64,000 bases of DNA from Geosiphon pyriformis uo1 (GCA_016748015.1 JAAOMT010000657.1:434001-498000), one strand, 5' to 3'; counted from the stretch's first letter, positions 36,761 through 50,403 are shown. A program made the numbers and translations. Notes: generated from the letters alone by a model not told the origin.

Positions 36761-36815
36761 ACAACCAAAAGAGTATATAAAGACACAGTACACATAACAA
36801 AAGCAACCAAGAAAA

Positions 36816-37451
36816 ATGGAAATACCAGATCATATTCACACTATAGCTCAACAATTGTTTTAGGCCTTAAGTCAACAACAGTTGGACATGAAAATTGTTA
36901 TTAACAACAAAATAATTTGCTATCGAAACACCCAAAGAAAAACAAAGAAGACACCATATTAGCAGCTACCAAAGAATGATAAAAACTGGACAGATAACTT
37001 AATAGAAAAAGTGAAGAACACTTTTGAGAAAATACCTATTATGACACCAACAAAAGAGCTTACAAAAGAAAATTGGAAGCAATAGACAAAACAACTTCTA
37101 ATATCATATTGTTACTACCAGTTAGGTCAAAAGTTGAATATTCAGGAGTTGTATACTGACAAATCCAAGAGAATATTCAACCAAGATATAATACAGCAAA
37201 TTGAAGAATTTATTGAAAAGAAAATGAATTTAACACTACATGTTAAAACAATATACCAATTACACAACATATTTCAGAACTATCCAGAAATACTGTTACA
37301 CTCTGACATAGAAACCATAACCATTAACCAATGGAAAAGAATGAACAATACACAAGTAGAAGACATGAAAAACAGAGTTGAACAAACAATACTTAAAAAA
37401 AAAGTACTAGAATTAATTCAAAATAAAGATTTTGATGGAGCTCAATATTAA
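36816..37451 (+). pseudogene. ORF3 of element B (diverged homologue, a few in-frame stops)
   Basis: MEIPDHIHTIAQQLF...ELTKENW...YCYYQLGQKLNIQELYTDK...YPEILL...DFDGAQY*, in one frame throughout. Confidence 0.78.
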
Positions 37452-37464
37452 AAAGAGGAGATAA

Positions 37465-38234
37465 TGTTATTCATAAAAAGAAAACGGATATAGAAAAAAA
37501 ATAGTAGGCCAATAAGAAAAGAGTAGTTAGCATGTGAGCACATTGCTCAGCAATGTGGAGCAATGTTAAGAAAATATGGCACATTGCTTAGCAAGATGAA
37601 CATTGCTTGAAAAATTATAGCACATTACTTGAAAATATGAGCAATCTCATAGAACCTAAATTATGTATATATAGTAATAGCATTAGAAGTAGAAAAGACA
37701 GACCTCTCAGTTTAGATTTTATTTAAGTGATCTTCCAATCCAAAAATATCAATAAATAATTATTCTCTATCTCAAATCCACTCTCACTATCAACATTTTA
37801 TGTTGATACTAATTGATACTTAATCACACTAAAACAATAGCTCTTGATTACAGCTATTGACGGAATACTAATTTGTAATTGCTTTTGTTTATTTTCTTTT
37901 ATTTTTTTTTATTTCTTTGTTTTACTAATTAATTAAGAGTTAAGCACTGAGTTATTGACATCAAGGATAGTCTGGTAAAAGACCCCAAAGGAAGGGTATA
38001 AAAATTATATATATTAATGGATAGCTTACTAGAAGGGCATCTCTGTCAAGATTACCAGCCACCACACTGAGAAAAAAATTCGATGGAATTGTGATTCTGG
38101 GAGGCTACTGGGAAGACAACAATTAAATTTCTGTTCATTATACAAAGGACTCAACTCTAAGAAAACCTTCAGATACAACCAATATACCAGTATTACCAGC
38201 ATTATCAAGATATTGAGCACCAAGTTACGAATTT
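37465..38234 (+). repeat. 3' LTR of element B, lacking its last ~38 bp
   Basis: Preceded by PPT AAAAGAGGAGATAA. Colinear with 11315-12084, then switches to LINE sequence. Confidence 0.88.
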
Positions 38235-40581
38235 TCCTTAAAATCACATTTAAAAAGAACTTGATATTTGAATAAGCTTTGGTTAAACTTAGTTTAAATA
38301 GGCCATCAATTAACAAGAAAATTCTTAAATATTTGTAAAACTCACTCTTTTTGGTTATTAAGATTTTTGAACCACTGATAGACAACACAGTTTTTTTAAC
38401 TCTTTAATTAATAAAAATAGTAACAGTTTTATCTATATTAATCAAAATATTATTAATAAAAAAAACTCATTTGCAATATTTAAAATACATTGTGTTGCTA
38501 TTTTATAGTTTCTAATTCAAATAGTATTATTTACAAAGACATCTGTTACAAGAAAAAAAGTTTTGTTATTCTTGAAATTAGTTCTGTTAGTTTTTGTAAA
38601 AAATTTTGAATTTATTTTGTATCTACATAAACTTTTATGTCTCTTAACTTTACAGAACAAAAAATCATAAAAAATTTTTTACAACAAAAGTAAAAAAACC
38701 TCTTTTTGGTTAAGTCTATTATGAATAATATACTTATCCAAAAGCCTGAAATTTATTATAACTTAATTGACTTTTCTATTGTAAATATTTTCAAAAAACT
38801 TAATAAAACATTTATATATCTTAATTTTAATCAAGCTGTTATGCAAATAATACCAACCAACTAAGTTATATGCTTTGTACACATTTTACAAAACCAATTA
38901 CAATTTCCTATTTTTTTTCAAAGCATTCTCAACCACAAAGCCTATAGCTAAAATCAGAATCTGTGTCAAAGTATCTTTTAGCATTAAAAAATTGTCTTTA
39001 CAAAGCATCTTAAATTTGCTGCAGATAAAAAAAATTCAATTAAAAAGAATTTTGAACAAATTTTTCTTGTAGTTTCAATTAAAATAATAAGTCAGATATT
39101 TGTTAAGACCTCTTTTTAATTATATGACTTAGGTATTATTAAGATTCAAGCATATCTTCACAATATTAAAATCTTATTTGAAAACAAACAAAAATTTAGT
39201 ATGTTTAGCAGACACCTTAGAATATTATTCTTGTAATACTTTTATAACTTATTAGATATATTACTCAAACTAACAGCTTTTCTATCTGGTAATTCTTTAA
39301 TTATTTGATTTAACTTCTCATAATTAATAGTGTTTATTATCTTAGAAAAAGCCTGATTATTTATGTATTCTAAAAGAGCATATTAATTTATCCAGATTTT
39401 AGGAACAGACTTTAAAATTTTTTGTTTTTTAGTCCAACTTTCTATTATCTTATTCACTTTGGCTTTAATTTTATTAAGTTTTAAAATCAACTTTTTATTA
39501 ACCATAAGATAATCCAAAATCACTTTGTGAAAAAGTTTTTCCAGAATACTCTTAATTATTTGGTCTTTATCTAAAAAAAAAATTTCTATTTTTTTCTTTA
39601 TTATAGTGTTAATGACTGCAGTTTTAGTGATCTTTAACTCATATAATTTAAACTTGTAATATCTTTTTTTGATCTTTGACAAGCTACAAAAAATGTTATT
39701 TAATTTTATACTATTCTAAACTAAGCTTTGAATTTTCAAGGCTCTTTTACAATTAATAATCAACCAAGCTTGTAAAAAATGATTAAATTGTATATTGTTT
39801 CCAATACTAAGGGCTTTAGTGAACTTGATAATTAATAATTCTAACTTATAAAATCTTGATAATTATTTATTAGAAAAACACTTTATTTTACTGTACTATT
39901 GCTTAAAAAACACCTTTTTTGTTAAATTCAATATTATATTCTGTAAGATTTTTCATATTGTATTCAAATTATCATTGCTATTGGCATTAATAAACTTATC
40001 TTTTACCAAAAAAAGTAAAAATAATAAGCAATCCTTAAAACCAACTTACTTAGAATCATCTGCATTTTTGATTTTAAATCTTCAATAATTTTTGTTAATC
40101 AGCTTTTAAATAATATCTATTTGTATATTCAGTAGGCCATCCAATCTAATTGAAACCAAAATAGCTTTGTGATTTATGTCAAAAAACTTAAAAACATCAA
40201 TTATTATCTGTTTAATTATCAAGAACAAAAGATTTTTACTTATAAATAAATGGTCAATAATCTTTGTAGTCCCTCTTAATTGCTTCATATAAGCATTTTA
40301 AGCAAAAATTAATTTCTAAAAACATTGACTAAATCCAAACTTAAACACAACTTATAGCTTAAATTCTTTTTAAAACTATTTTTATTGAAATTTTCACTAA
40401 TAATTATGAAAGAACTAAAATTTACAGTTTTAGTAACAATTGCATTTATTTTTACTGTTTGCTTAGCATATGTTGCTGCAGAAACACATATATACAAGCC
40501 CAAAACTGTGACTAAAAGCTTATTTTTAAACAGTAGTTGAATCAAGATTAAATAGTTTAGAACTTTTTTGATTTTAACCAT
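38235..40581 (-). mobile_element. Decayed LINE, middle part (endonuclease C-terminal half and RT)
   Basis: APE-like ORFs 40309-40581 and 40106-40288 (IDHLFIS, DINHKAI). Decayed RT motifs KAYNLVGW (~38870) and FVNNTI (FVDD, ~38530), plus YKYLRIFL. Confidence 0.75.
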
Positions 40582-41901
40582 TGTTATTGGGTGTATGAAC
40601 TATTTCAGTAAATGGGAGAGCAGAAAAAGGTACGTGATAAGGTCATTAAAAGTGAAAGAAAGTATTGTCATTATTATTTGTTTTTGGGCAAAAACCAGTC
40701 TTAGGTATTTTAAAGGGAAAAGAGAAATCACATCTCTTTATATGTATCAGAAGTACAACCAACAACAAGGAGTAAAACCAACTACTCAAAGAAATACGTA
40801 ATCAGAATTCTTTCAATTAGTCATTGAAAGGGTGTAGTGTTTAAATGCCTGCTTTGAAAATGAAGTTATAGGAATTATAAAAGAAATTATGAAAATCAAA
40901 CATAACTGAAATAAATTTTGCTTAAACTTTTTATTGTTGAGACCACTCTCTAATAATGTGATACTTTATTACTTATTTTTATATTTAACAACTTGTTCGG
41001 TGAAACAAGACTTAATGTGAAATGGTGATAACACATAATTTGAAAGATTGGAAGTAATAGAACAACTTGAAATGGTGATAACAAGTAAGTAAAAGATTAT
41101 AAACAATGTGATTCCAAATGGTGATAAAAAATATGGGAAGACATACTTGAGATTGTGATGATAAGTATTTAAAGCATAGAAAGGGGAGAGAAAATGTAAA
41201 GAGTAGAAGAAAGGACTAACTGCTTACTATAAAACTATAGCAAAGAGTTGGCTCAGTATTGAACTGATACTTTTCTGAACTGACAGAAGGGCTGTATATA
41301 TAGCTAAATTATATCAAATCTACATACTATATTAGAACTATTTAAAATACATCAATTATTTATATACATTTAATTAATCAATTTATGATGAGCTTACTTG
41401 GCATGTTATTTTTTTAGAGCTAGTGATTTTTAGATGATCAGATTTAGATGGCTGAATCTAGAACATTGATTGTAAATCAATGATACCAATTGTGATTATG
41501 ATCAACATAATCAGAAGTAGATCAATTAATTACATTTCTTGATAACTACTTTTAACCATTGATCGCAGATCTGAAATATTAGATTGTTTCAATAAGGGCA
41601 TATGAGAATTTTGGAGCATAACAAAACCTGTTGTTATCTGATTACATGTGACAATCATTCATTTCCATTGGTGTTTCTTAGTTTGCCAAGATTTCTTTGT
41701 ATCCAAATTAGTTAAACTGTTGGATTGTGTTATATTTCGTTGTTGTAATTGGATTGATTGCTAATCATTTATTTTCAGATTGCCAGCTGATTTTGTTGAT
41801 TAAGTGCAATGATATAGGTCTTTTTGCATGATTTTGATGTTAATTTCCATTGTATGTGTTGTAATTTTTGCATTGAAAAGTGTGAAAATCTTCTGGTAAT
41901 A
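40582..41901 (-). mobile_element. Solo LTR (~1.32 kb) of a third, unrelated family, with 4-bp TSD CCAT
   Basis: TGTTATTGG...CTGGTAATA imperfect inverted termini. CCAT at 40578-40581 and 41902-41905. Removing it restores the LINE endonuclease frame (..SLVYYMVKIKK..). TATA-like TATATATACAGC on the minus strand near 41295. Confidence 0.75.
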
Positions 41902-43960
41902 CCATATAATAAACCAAAGAAATATCTATAATTATTGCTATACTAATACTTAAAAAGTTTTTATCCAGTCTTAAAGCAAAGACCCAAATCTTATCAAATT
42001 TGTTTATTATTCAAAATTTGTAATTTAGTTTCTATAACAATTAAAATTAAATACTTAATATTTTTATACTAATAAATAATATCTTTTTGCTTAGCAAGAA
42101 CATTAATACTTTAAATATTGCACATAATAACCTTTTAGACAAAATTGTTCAGTAAGAAAAATATAGTTTTAAACCCAAATTATATTATTTGTTCTGGTCA
42201 AAAAACCTAAAACTATATCTGAAAAATTTTATAAACTGTCTTCTAACTTAGAAATCACTAATTAATTCAAAAATATTACTCTTACAACAGTTTTATTACT
42301 AATAATTACACCTAAACTCTCACTCATCATTATATTTGTTTTTTGATTCTGTGATAACAAAATCATCAATAACTGATATCTAGAATTAGACTAAGAAACT
42401 ATTGGCCCAAATGTATTTAATTTTTTAGCTAGCTTACTAACTTGTTTTGCAAGATTAGCAAAACTGCACTTAAGAGTGACAAATCTGTTATTTACTTCTT
42501 TTGAAATAAGTAAAAAAAACTTTATCTTCAAAGATAAACTAAAACTTAAAGAACTATTTTGTATTGGAAAAGAAGAAAACAAAGACTTACTGACAACTTT
42601 TGTTTAAGAAATACTACCAAAAGATATTAAGCAAGCTACAAAAACTGATTGTTTGGAATAAATGGCAGCCAATCTGCTTTAAAAAACACTATATGAAGTG
42701 GTTTACCAAAAAAAACATTTTTACTTATAATACAGCTTAATGATATATAACATAAGTTTTTATATTTTGCATATTTAGTAGAGCTTAAATAAAATCAGTA
42801 TAAATTGATGCTTTTTAATACTAATATGGTCCTTATAACAACATTCAATAGCTCAAAAAAGTCAAAACAAATAACTGCACATCTGATTCTAATATATATA
42901 AATAAAATAACAATTAATAACACATGTTTTCTTACCAATTGATTCAATAAAATCTCAAATATTATAAGTATTCATTCCTATTAAAAGAATATAAAGCAAT
43001 ACTTTGTAACTGTTTCTCATATTTCATGATTTCTTGTTTTTATCTGTTTTAGCAACTTGTATAGTATTCTTTTTAATCAAGATAGATTATTTTGTTGTAA
43101 TCAGATTAGTCTAATTAAATTAATCAAATTCTACTATAGCTTTTTGCCACATTTTTACTAACTGCATTTTGATCAACTTAATTAATCCAAATTCAGATAA
43201 CACTGTATGTATAGCCTTAATTGACATACCAACTGGAATTTTTTTTACTACTACAACCCAATTTAACCATCCAATAGATTTTTTGAGATTAGTGTTTACT
43301 AAAATCTTTGTACTTTTAGTCTTTTCAGAAGTTTGTACCAAGCTTAATTCAAAAGTAAACATTACTCTGATAATTTCAGCAAACTTTAAAAAAGTTTAAG
43401 TCTTTCCAAAACCATTGATTTTTGAAAACAACTTTCTAATTACTATAAGCTTTTTTTAAGAAAATTTTTTAACTATTTTATTCAAGCCAATATTCAAAGT
43501 AAATAGTTTTCTAATAGAAACACTTACTAAATTCTTCAAAAAAAGAGAAAAAGCTAATAAAGTATCTAATAAAATATCATTATTATTATTACTCAAGAAA
43601 TTAATTTTCTTTAATAACTTTTTTAGAGTTTTTTTGGTCTTTACTTATGAATTTTTTGGAGTCTGATTAAAATTTTTTTCTTTAAAAGCATTTCTTCTAT
43701 CATAGTCAAAACTGGTTTCTTCTATTAAACATGTTTCTTTTATGTTAATACTATTAGACTCTATAGTGTTACCAGTATTCAAGTTTCAAAAACAGCTACT
43801 TAATCTTTTAATAAAAACCTCTTTATTATTAACATTATCTTTTAAAACATCATCTCTTCTTTTTTTTTGGTAGAATAGGTTTATTAACAATATTAAAACC
43901 AAAATTCTCAATAGATTTCCTTATTACAACAATACTAGAACCAATAATGACCTTATAATT
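41902..43960 (-). mobile_element. Decayed LINE, 5' part (ORF1 with RRM-like region, start of endonuclease)
   Basis: ORF 43120-43362 (VVVKKIPVG...VLSEFG...WQKAIVEF) is ORF1/RRM-like. IETKL and FDKIWVF APE-like motifs near 42000. Right boundary approximate. Confidence 0.7.
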
Positions 43961-45730
43961 AAGCAAAAATAGTTTAGATTTATTATACTAAATAATTAAA
44001 AACTTTTTTTAATTAATTAACTTTTTTTGATAAATTTTGAATATAGAAGAAAAAAAAGTTTTTAACTATAATAGAAATAGAAAAACAATCTGTAAAAAAA
44101 AATTAATAATAATATATTAAGACTGTTTTTTAATTTGTATATAGTTTTTTTAATGTAAAATTTATGTTAAAAAATAATACAAAACTTTTTTGTATGAAGT
44201 TTGTTTTTTAAATTTTATTAAATATTGCTTTTTAAATTAGATTTACTTGTTTTATTTGTTTAATTATTCTTAAGATTGTAAAATTTTTGGTAATTTTTAA
44301 GTTTTTTTTTTGTTATTGTTTTATATAATTTATTCAAAAATATTGCTATTGATAATATTAAAAATAGTTTTAAAGTTGTTAATATTTAACAATATATTAT
44401 TGTTTATTTTAAATCTTTTAATATAATTATAATTGTTTTTAATTATTAATTAATTTTAATAATAAAGAATAATATTAGAATTATTTTTTTATTAATTAAA
44501 GAAAAATTATTATCTTTTGGAATTTTTTAAACCCAAATTAGTTAATTTTTTTTCTGATTGTATTGTTTTTAAAATATATATTATTTAACTTTAAATTATA
44601 AGATATTATTTTTTTTTAACATTTATAGGTTTTTTTAAAGTTTTTGTATTTTAATTTACTAATATTAAATTTTCGTTTTTTTGTTGTTATATTTTTAATT
44701 ATTTGGTTTTTTTAAAGTTTAAATTGATTGTTTTGGCTTTATTAGTTAAATTTATTATTAAATTTATTAATATTTTGGTTATTTTAATTATTAAATTGGT
44801 TGGTATTTTTTCTGTTTTATATATAAGTTAAGAAATAATTATATTAAAATTAGAAAATTGGTTTAAACTTTTGGAAAAAAGTAAATAAATTGTATAGAAA
44901 ATATAAAACATTAAAAATTAAAGCTAATTTTAAAAATAATAATAATATAAACATTTTTATTAATAATAATATTGCTAATAATAATATTTTTAATTGAATT
45001 TTAGCTTTTTAGAAATTTTAATTATTAATATTAATAATATATAAAATAAATAAGTAAAATAATTAATAATAGTTATATTTGGTTGTTTTTTTGCATAAAA
45101 TATTTGTTAAAATAAGTTTTTTTTATAAATTCAATTTAATTTAGTATTAATTAACTTGAATAACCAATTATATATAAGAAATATATATTATAATTAATTT
45201 AAAATTTTTAAATTTTATGTAATAGTTGGTAATTAAATTATATTTTGTTAAATTATATTAAAAATAATTTTTAATTATTATTTAAAATACTTTAAAAGTT
45301 AAATTTTAATTTGAAAATTAACTTAAAAATAAACTATTTTTAATTTTATTAATAATTAATAATTTTAAATATTATAATTAAAATTATAATTTATTTTATT
45401 AAATTTTTATTGTTATTATAAAATAAAATATATAACTAAATTTTAAATTTTATGTAATAAAAATTTAATTAAAACAAACTAAAACAATTTAAACAAATTA
45501 CAAAAAACATAATTTTAAATTAAATTTAAAATAATACATAAACTTTATTATTTTTTAATATTGTTATTTATTTAACAATAAAAATATTTATTATAAAAAA
45601 TATTGAAAAATACATAATACTTATTTTTAAAAATTATAATAATAAAATTTAAAAAATAATTAACATTATTTTAAAGTTATAATTAACTTTGTTTTAACAA
45701 AACTTAATTTTAAAAATCAATATTAAAATC
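43960..45730. other. Extremely AT-rich decayed repeat tract
   Basis: Almost devoid of C/G, no ORFs. Boundaries approximate. Confidence 0.6.
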
Positions 45731-45774
45731 ATTAAATAAAATTATAAAATATTAAAATTAAATAAAAATAATAA

Positions 45775-47883
45775 ATGACTTTTTGTTTTCTTAATTTTAT
45801 AATCATGACTAAAGCAAAAAGAAAAAAAGCTGCACTTGTTATTTTTTCTATAATAATTAATAAAATTTCAATATAAAAGAGTCTCTCTATTATTGAAACA
45901 ACTAAAAATAATGTCTTGGCTATATTTTTCTTAAATATTAATAATAAAAAGCTGTCTTTAGTGACTATTAAAGCATCTTTTTTATCTTTGGCTGGTTTTT
46001 TACTTGTCAAAGTTTTTTCAAAGAAACATATTTGAATTAATCCCAATATTGCCTCTATTTCTTCCAAAAGCCTAAAAGTTTTTAATAGCAAACTAGTTAA
46101 CAAGCTGGTTTTCTCTATTATAGATTTTATATTTAGTGCTATTAACATCATTTCTTTAAACAAAATAGTTAAAAAGATCAAAAATTCAAAAAAGTGGGAG
46201 CAATCACTTGTTTCTGCTATTGTTACACTGAATTTTTTTGTAATTTTAACTAAGATCTTAGATGAGATCTTCATTGTATTATTATTCAAGATAGGTTAAA
46301 ATTAACCACTAGTTGTGTTGCCAAATATGGTGTCTTTTGACAGATTCTTGTTAGTTCTTAAAGTAAAGCAATTATTTCTTATTGGATTATCTGTTTTTGA
46401 AAATTAAGTTGATCAAATAGAAACTGAATTATCTCTTCTGGTTTTTAGTGCTGTTGCTAATAGTGCTTAGAAAATTATTACTAGTTATTAAAGGTTTGCT
46501 AGATGAATGGTTTTTATTCTAATATCTGATGATACTTCAAAATCAAACTGGCTTATATTAGAGCTGTTTTTCGATCTGTATATGGTTTTTTGAATGTAAA
46601 GTTAGTATTAAAAGACAATATGAAACTTTTTTGTATAAAGTTTGCTTTTCAAAGTTCTTTAGATGTTGTATTTCTGATTGAGCTTACAAGTTTTGTTTGT
46701 TTTAGCACTCTTAAAATTGCCAAGTTTTTGGTGGTTTCTAAGTTTGAGTTTTTTTCTGCTGCTATTATACTGTTAATATTAAGTCAGCTCTTAGTGTTTT
46801 TAGTAAAGTTTCTTATATTGTGCTGAAGTCTGTTGGTGTTTGACAATACATAATTGTTTATTTTAATGAATTAAATGCTGCTATATTTGCTCTTAACTAC
46901 TAGTTAGTATTGGTAAACAAAAATAGCATTCGAATTTTTTCTTTTGTAAATTAAAAAAAGATTATTCTGTCTTATAATAGATTTAGAGCCAAGTTAGTCA
47001 ATCTTTTTTCTGGCTATACTGCTTTTGAAATTAGTGATATGATTTCTTAAGTTGATAATTAGACTTGTTTTATTTTTTGTTCATCTAATTCTGGTTATTA
47101 TTTTTAGTTTGCTCTGATTATATTTGACTTTCAAATTAATTTAAATTCTGCAGTTGTTAAGACTGGTATACTAAAAAGATGCCATATTTGGTGAGAAACT
47201 TCTGATTGTTAGTACTGCTTTAGATGTCAAAAGATGGGCTATTTGGTTACAAACTATACAGTTTTTTTGTCTTCTTCTCTCATAGCTTCCAAAATATTCA
47301 AATTATGTTTTATAAATAGTGTTTCTTATGCTAAGCTCTCTGCTTATTCTAATCCTTTTGAGTTTCCTCTTTTGGCAGCTTCTGCTTTTTTTTTGTGATT
47401 GTTGATAATTTTTTGTTTTTGTCTTGGCTAATGTTTTTGGAATCTAATTTGGTTAAGTTGTCAGTTTTGATTGAATCAATTATTAAACCTGTTAGTGTAC
47501 TAATTATTGTATTTGAATATTTTATTAAAGGTAATTTTGTCTTAAGTAGTGTTTTTAGTTTAAAAATCAATAAGCTTATGGTTTATCTGAATTCTTTTAG
47601 CAAAATTGTTGATAAGTTGGAAAGAGAGATGATTTCTTTGAAAAAAAAGTGCTATATAAATAATATTAATATGTCTGGTATTTTAGAGCATTTATTTAGT
47701 GTAAATAATAATGTGTTTTCTAATTTGATGTTCTTTTGGACATATAAGTCTGTTGGTATTAAAACTGATCTTTTAAAAACAGTCAAATGGCTGGTTAAAT
47801 TGGTTTCTTATAGTATTATTTTATTTAATATTATTTAAAAGATGTTGTTTTTGGGTAAGTTTTCTTCTATTGTATTAACTTAG
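45775..47883 (+). mobile_element. Decayed gag/ORF1-like retroelement relic (RRM-like region plus CCHC knuckle)
   Basis: KLFCIKFAFQSSL, AKLVNL...TAFEISD, and a degenerate knuckle CFRCQKMGYLVTNY at 47216-47257. Confidence 0.6.
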
Positions 47884-47889
47884 TATTAT

Positions 47890-49490
47890 TTAAATTGACT
47901 CGAGTAGCTGGTTATATATAAAAAGCACATAAATTATATTTAGTATTAAAATACTTAGTTTATTTCTAATTTTTAGATAATAATTGGGCCTTGTTTGTTA
48001 AATCTAATAATAAAAAAATATTATTATTATTTTATTAAAAATAAATATTTTAATTAATTATTTATATAATTACACAAAATTAATAACTAATTATATATGA
48101 AATAATAAATTTTAATTAAAATTATTTAATAATTTAGAATATTTTTTTAAAAAAAAACATTATAAAATTTAATAAAAGCATTATTTTATCAAATTAATAT
48201 TAATATTAATATTATTTATCTTAATTAAAAAATTATTTTAATGGATTTATCATTTAATAATTATTTTAATATTTAAATAAATAGTATATATAAAAAGTAA
48301 ATAAATTGTATTAATTAAATTTTTTCGTTATATTGTTTTAAAATTAACAAGTTAATTTTCTAAGTAAAAAATTATACATGTTTTATTAATAATTTAAATA
48401 TATTATTATTATTTTTGGTTTTTAAAAATTTAAATATTGCTATAATTAAAATTAATATTTTAAAAAAATATTATATTTGATAAAAAACTTTTAAATTGTT
48501 AATATTGTTTTAAATATTAATATTTTAACTATTTTGTTTTATTTATTAAAGCTTTTTTTAAGTTTATAATAAGTTTTAATATTAATTTTATAATTAAATT
48601 TAAATTAGTCTTTTTAAAATTTTAATTAATAAAGTTGTTTTATTAATTAAATTAATTATAAAATTTATTGGTTTTTTAATTAATTTAATTATAATATTAG
48701 TAAATTTTTTATTATTATTAATTTTAAAATAAAAAAATATTATTGTAAAGAAATAAATTAGTATTTTTGGTAAAATTATAAATGATTTAAGTAAAAAAGT
48801 AATTAATCTTAATTATAAATATAATATAAATAACTTATTTAATAATAATATTAATAATAAAAATTTTTGTTAAAATAAAAATTTTATAAAAACTTTAAAC
48901 TTTAAATATTAAGTTTAATATTAATATAATTGTTAAGTAATTTAGTTTTAAATAACAATAATTTAATTTGTATTATGCATAAAATAAGATTCTAAATAAG
49001 TTTTTTTAAAATTTGTTTTAACAAAAGTTTAGATAATTAATTAAGTATTAAAAATACATAATTTACATTTGTAGTATAATTTTTTGTAAACTATAAAAAT
49101 AATAAAAGAATTATATTTTGTTAAAATATAATAAAAAAATTTTGTTTATAAATATATGTTTTATAAATATTTTTTAATATAATTTAGTAATTTGTATTGA
49201 TTATATTATATAATTAATGTAAAATTTTTTCTGATTTAATTTTTATATTTGTTTTTTAAATTATACAGTTTTCAATAATTTTTTGAATTTCATATTATTT
49301 AATTTTGATTTTGAATTTTTTTATTCAATTTTTTTATACAAATTAATTTACCAATTAATTTTTTATTTTTTACTTTAAATTAAAATTTTTATCAGTTATC
49401 TTGAACATAGTGTTTTGAAAAATCTCTTATATTATGTTGTTTTACGCTTTTACTTTATAGAGACAATCTTGGAAACTATAAAAGTAATTC
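47890..49490. other. Extremely AT-rich decayed repeat tract
   Basis: Near-pure A/T, with a sharp return to normal composition just upstream of the MIX17-like gene. Confidence 0.6.
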
Positions 49491-49706
49491 AACAAAAACA
49501 ATAAGTATTATTATAAAATTACAGACTGTTAATGATTTTTTTTTATTGATAATTTTCATCGGATTAAAAATGAGTCATGATCTTGGCGCAATAAGTATAT
49601 GGGTAACTATCAAAAATCTATTTAATCACGATTTCCGTTCTTGTTCTTGGAAACGACTGTTCACATAACCCCTTTTACAACCACCATCACTACAATTTTA
49701 TCCTCA

Positions 49707-50403
49707 ATGCCTAGCGGACGACGATCTCGTGCTACCACTCAGCAAAAGCGTGGAGCGAGCACCTTGTCTTCAAAACCGGCACCGCCCGCTCTACCAAAGC
49801 AATCATCTGTACCGCCCCAACGTGTTCCTCAGCAGCAAACGGGGGTAGGCGCAGCCCAATCACAAGGACCTGGATTATTTGGCCAGGTATTTCGTAGGAT
49901 TAAGAAGAGCTGGCTGAAACCTTCTTTGTTTCTTCTCTTAAAAGATATTCTCAATCTTTAGATGGCATCCACCGCTGCCGGCGTCGCTGTTGGTCACACT
50001 CTTGTAAGTGCTACTTCAATGAATTTCTGGAAGTTTCTACAAAGTATGTTAACCTCAGATCTACTCATAATATAGGGTGCTGGAATTTCTGGCTTATTTG
50101 GCGGAGGCAGCTCGGCCTCCGAGACTGCCCAAGACCAACCTCAATTGAATTCACAAGCTCCAGGGGTAAGCTCCTAATCAGCAACCTGTATTTCTGATTC
50201 CCCTTGAGAATACTTATCTCTTTTTTTCCATATCATAGCATTCCGCCTACCAGACTAGCAACCAGTCAACTGGTGCTGCCTCTTGTGAAGTGGACGCCAA
50301 GGCCCTCACTAGATGTTTGGAACAAAATAATCACAATATTGAAGCCTGCCAATGGTACCTAGAAAACTTAAAGGCTTGTCAGCAGATGGCTTCGCAATTT
50401 TGA
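49707..50403 (+). CDS. MIX17: Mitochondrial IMS twin-CX9C protein Mix17/CHCHD2/10-like, 158 aa; exons 49707-49886, 49962-50003, 50076-50165, 50239-50403
   Basis: GPGLFGQMASTAAGVAVGHTLGAGISGLFGG and CEVDAKALTRC-x10-CQWYLENLKAC. Three phase-0 GT-AG introns. Confidence 0.92.

Larger units (their letters stand above)
11315..38234 (+). mobile_element. Ty3/Gypsy LTR retrotransposon, copy B (dUTPase-bearing); interrupted by the A1/A2 tandem and lacking RT/RNase H
   Basis: Paired LTRs at 11315-12122 and 37465-~38234, PBS, gag-PR-Cys-dUTPase at 12185-16588, integrase at 35681-36760, ORF3 and PPT. Confidence 0.9.

Noticed and set aside
38029-38388. 119-aa ORF spanning the LINE/LTR junction
   Set aside because: Chance read-through from the LINE RT frame into the antisense LTR. 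Not a gene.
41018-41165. CRISPR-like repeat-spacer appearance
   Set aside because: Eukaryotic LTR context, only 12-16 bp repeats, irregular spacing, no cas genes.
43960-45730. AT tracts as organellar insertion, endosymbiont DNA or centromere
   Set aside because: No organellar or bacterial genes and no tandem satellite. Composition grades continuously into recognisable TE relics.
45732-46289. 185-aa minus-strand ORF rich in I/K/L/F
   Set aside because: Antisense to the decayed ORF1-like relic. Its composition reflects AT bias.
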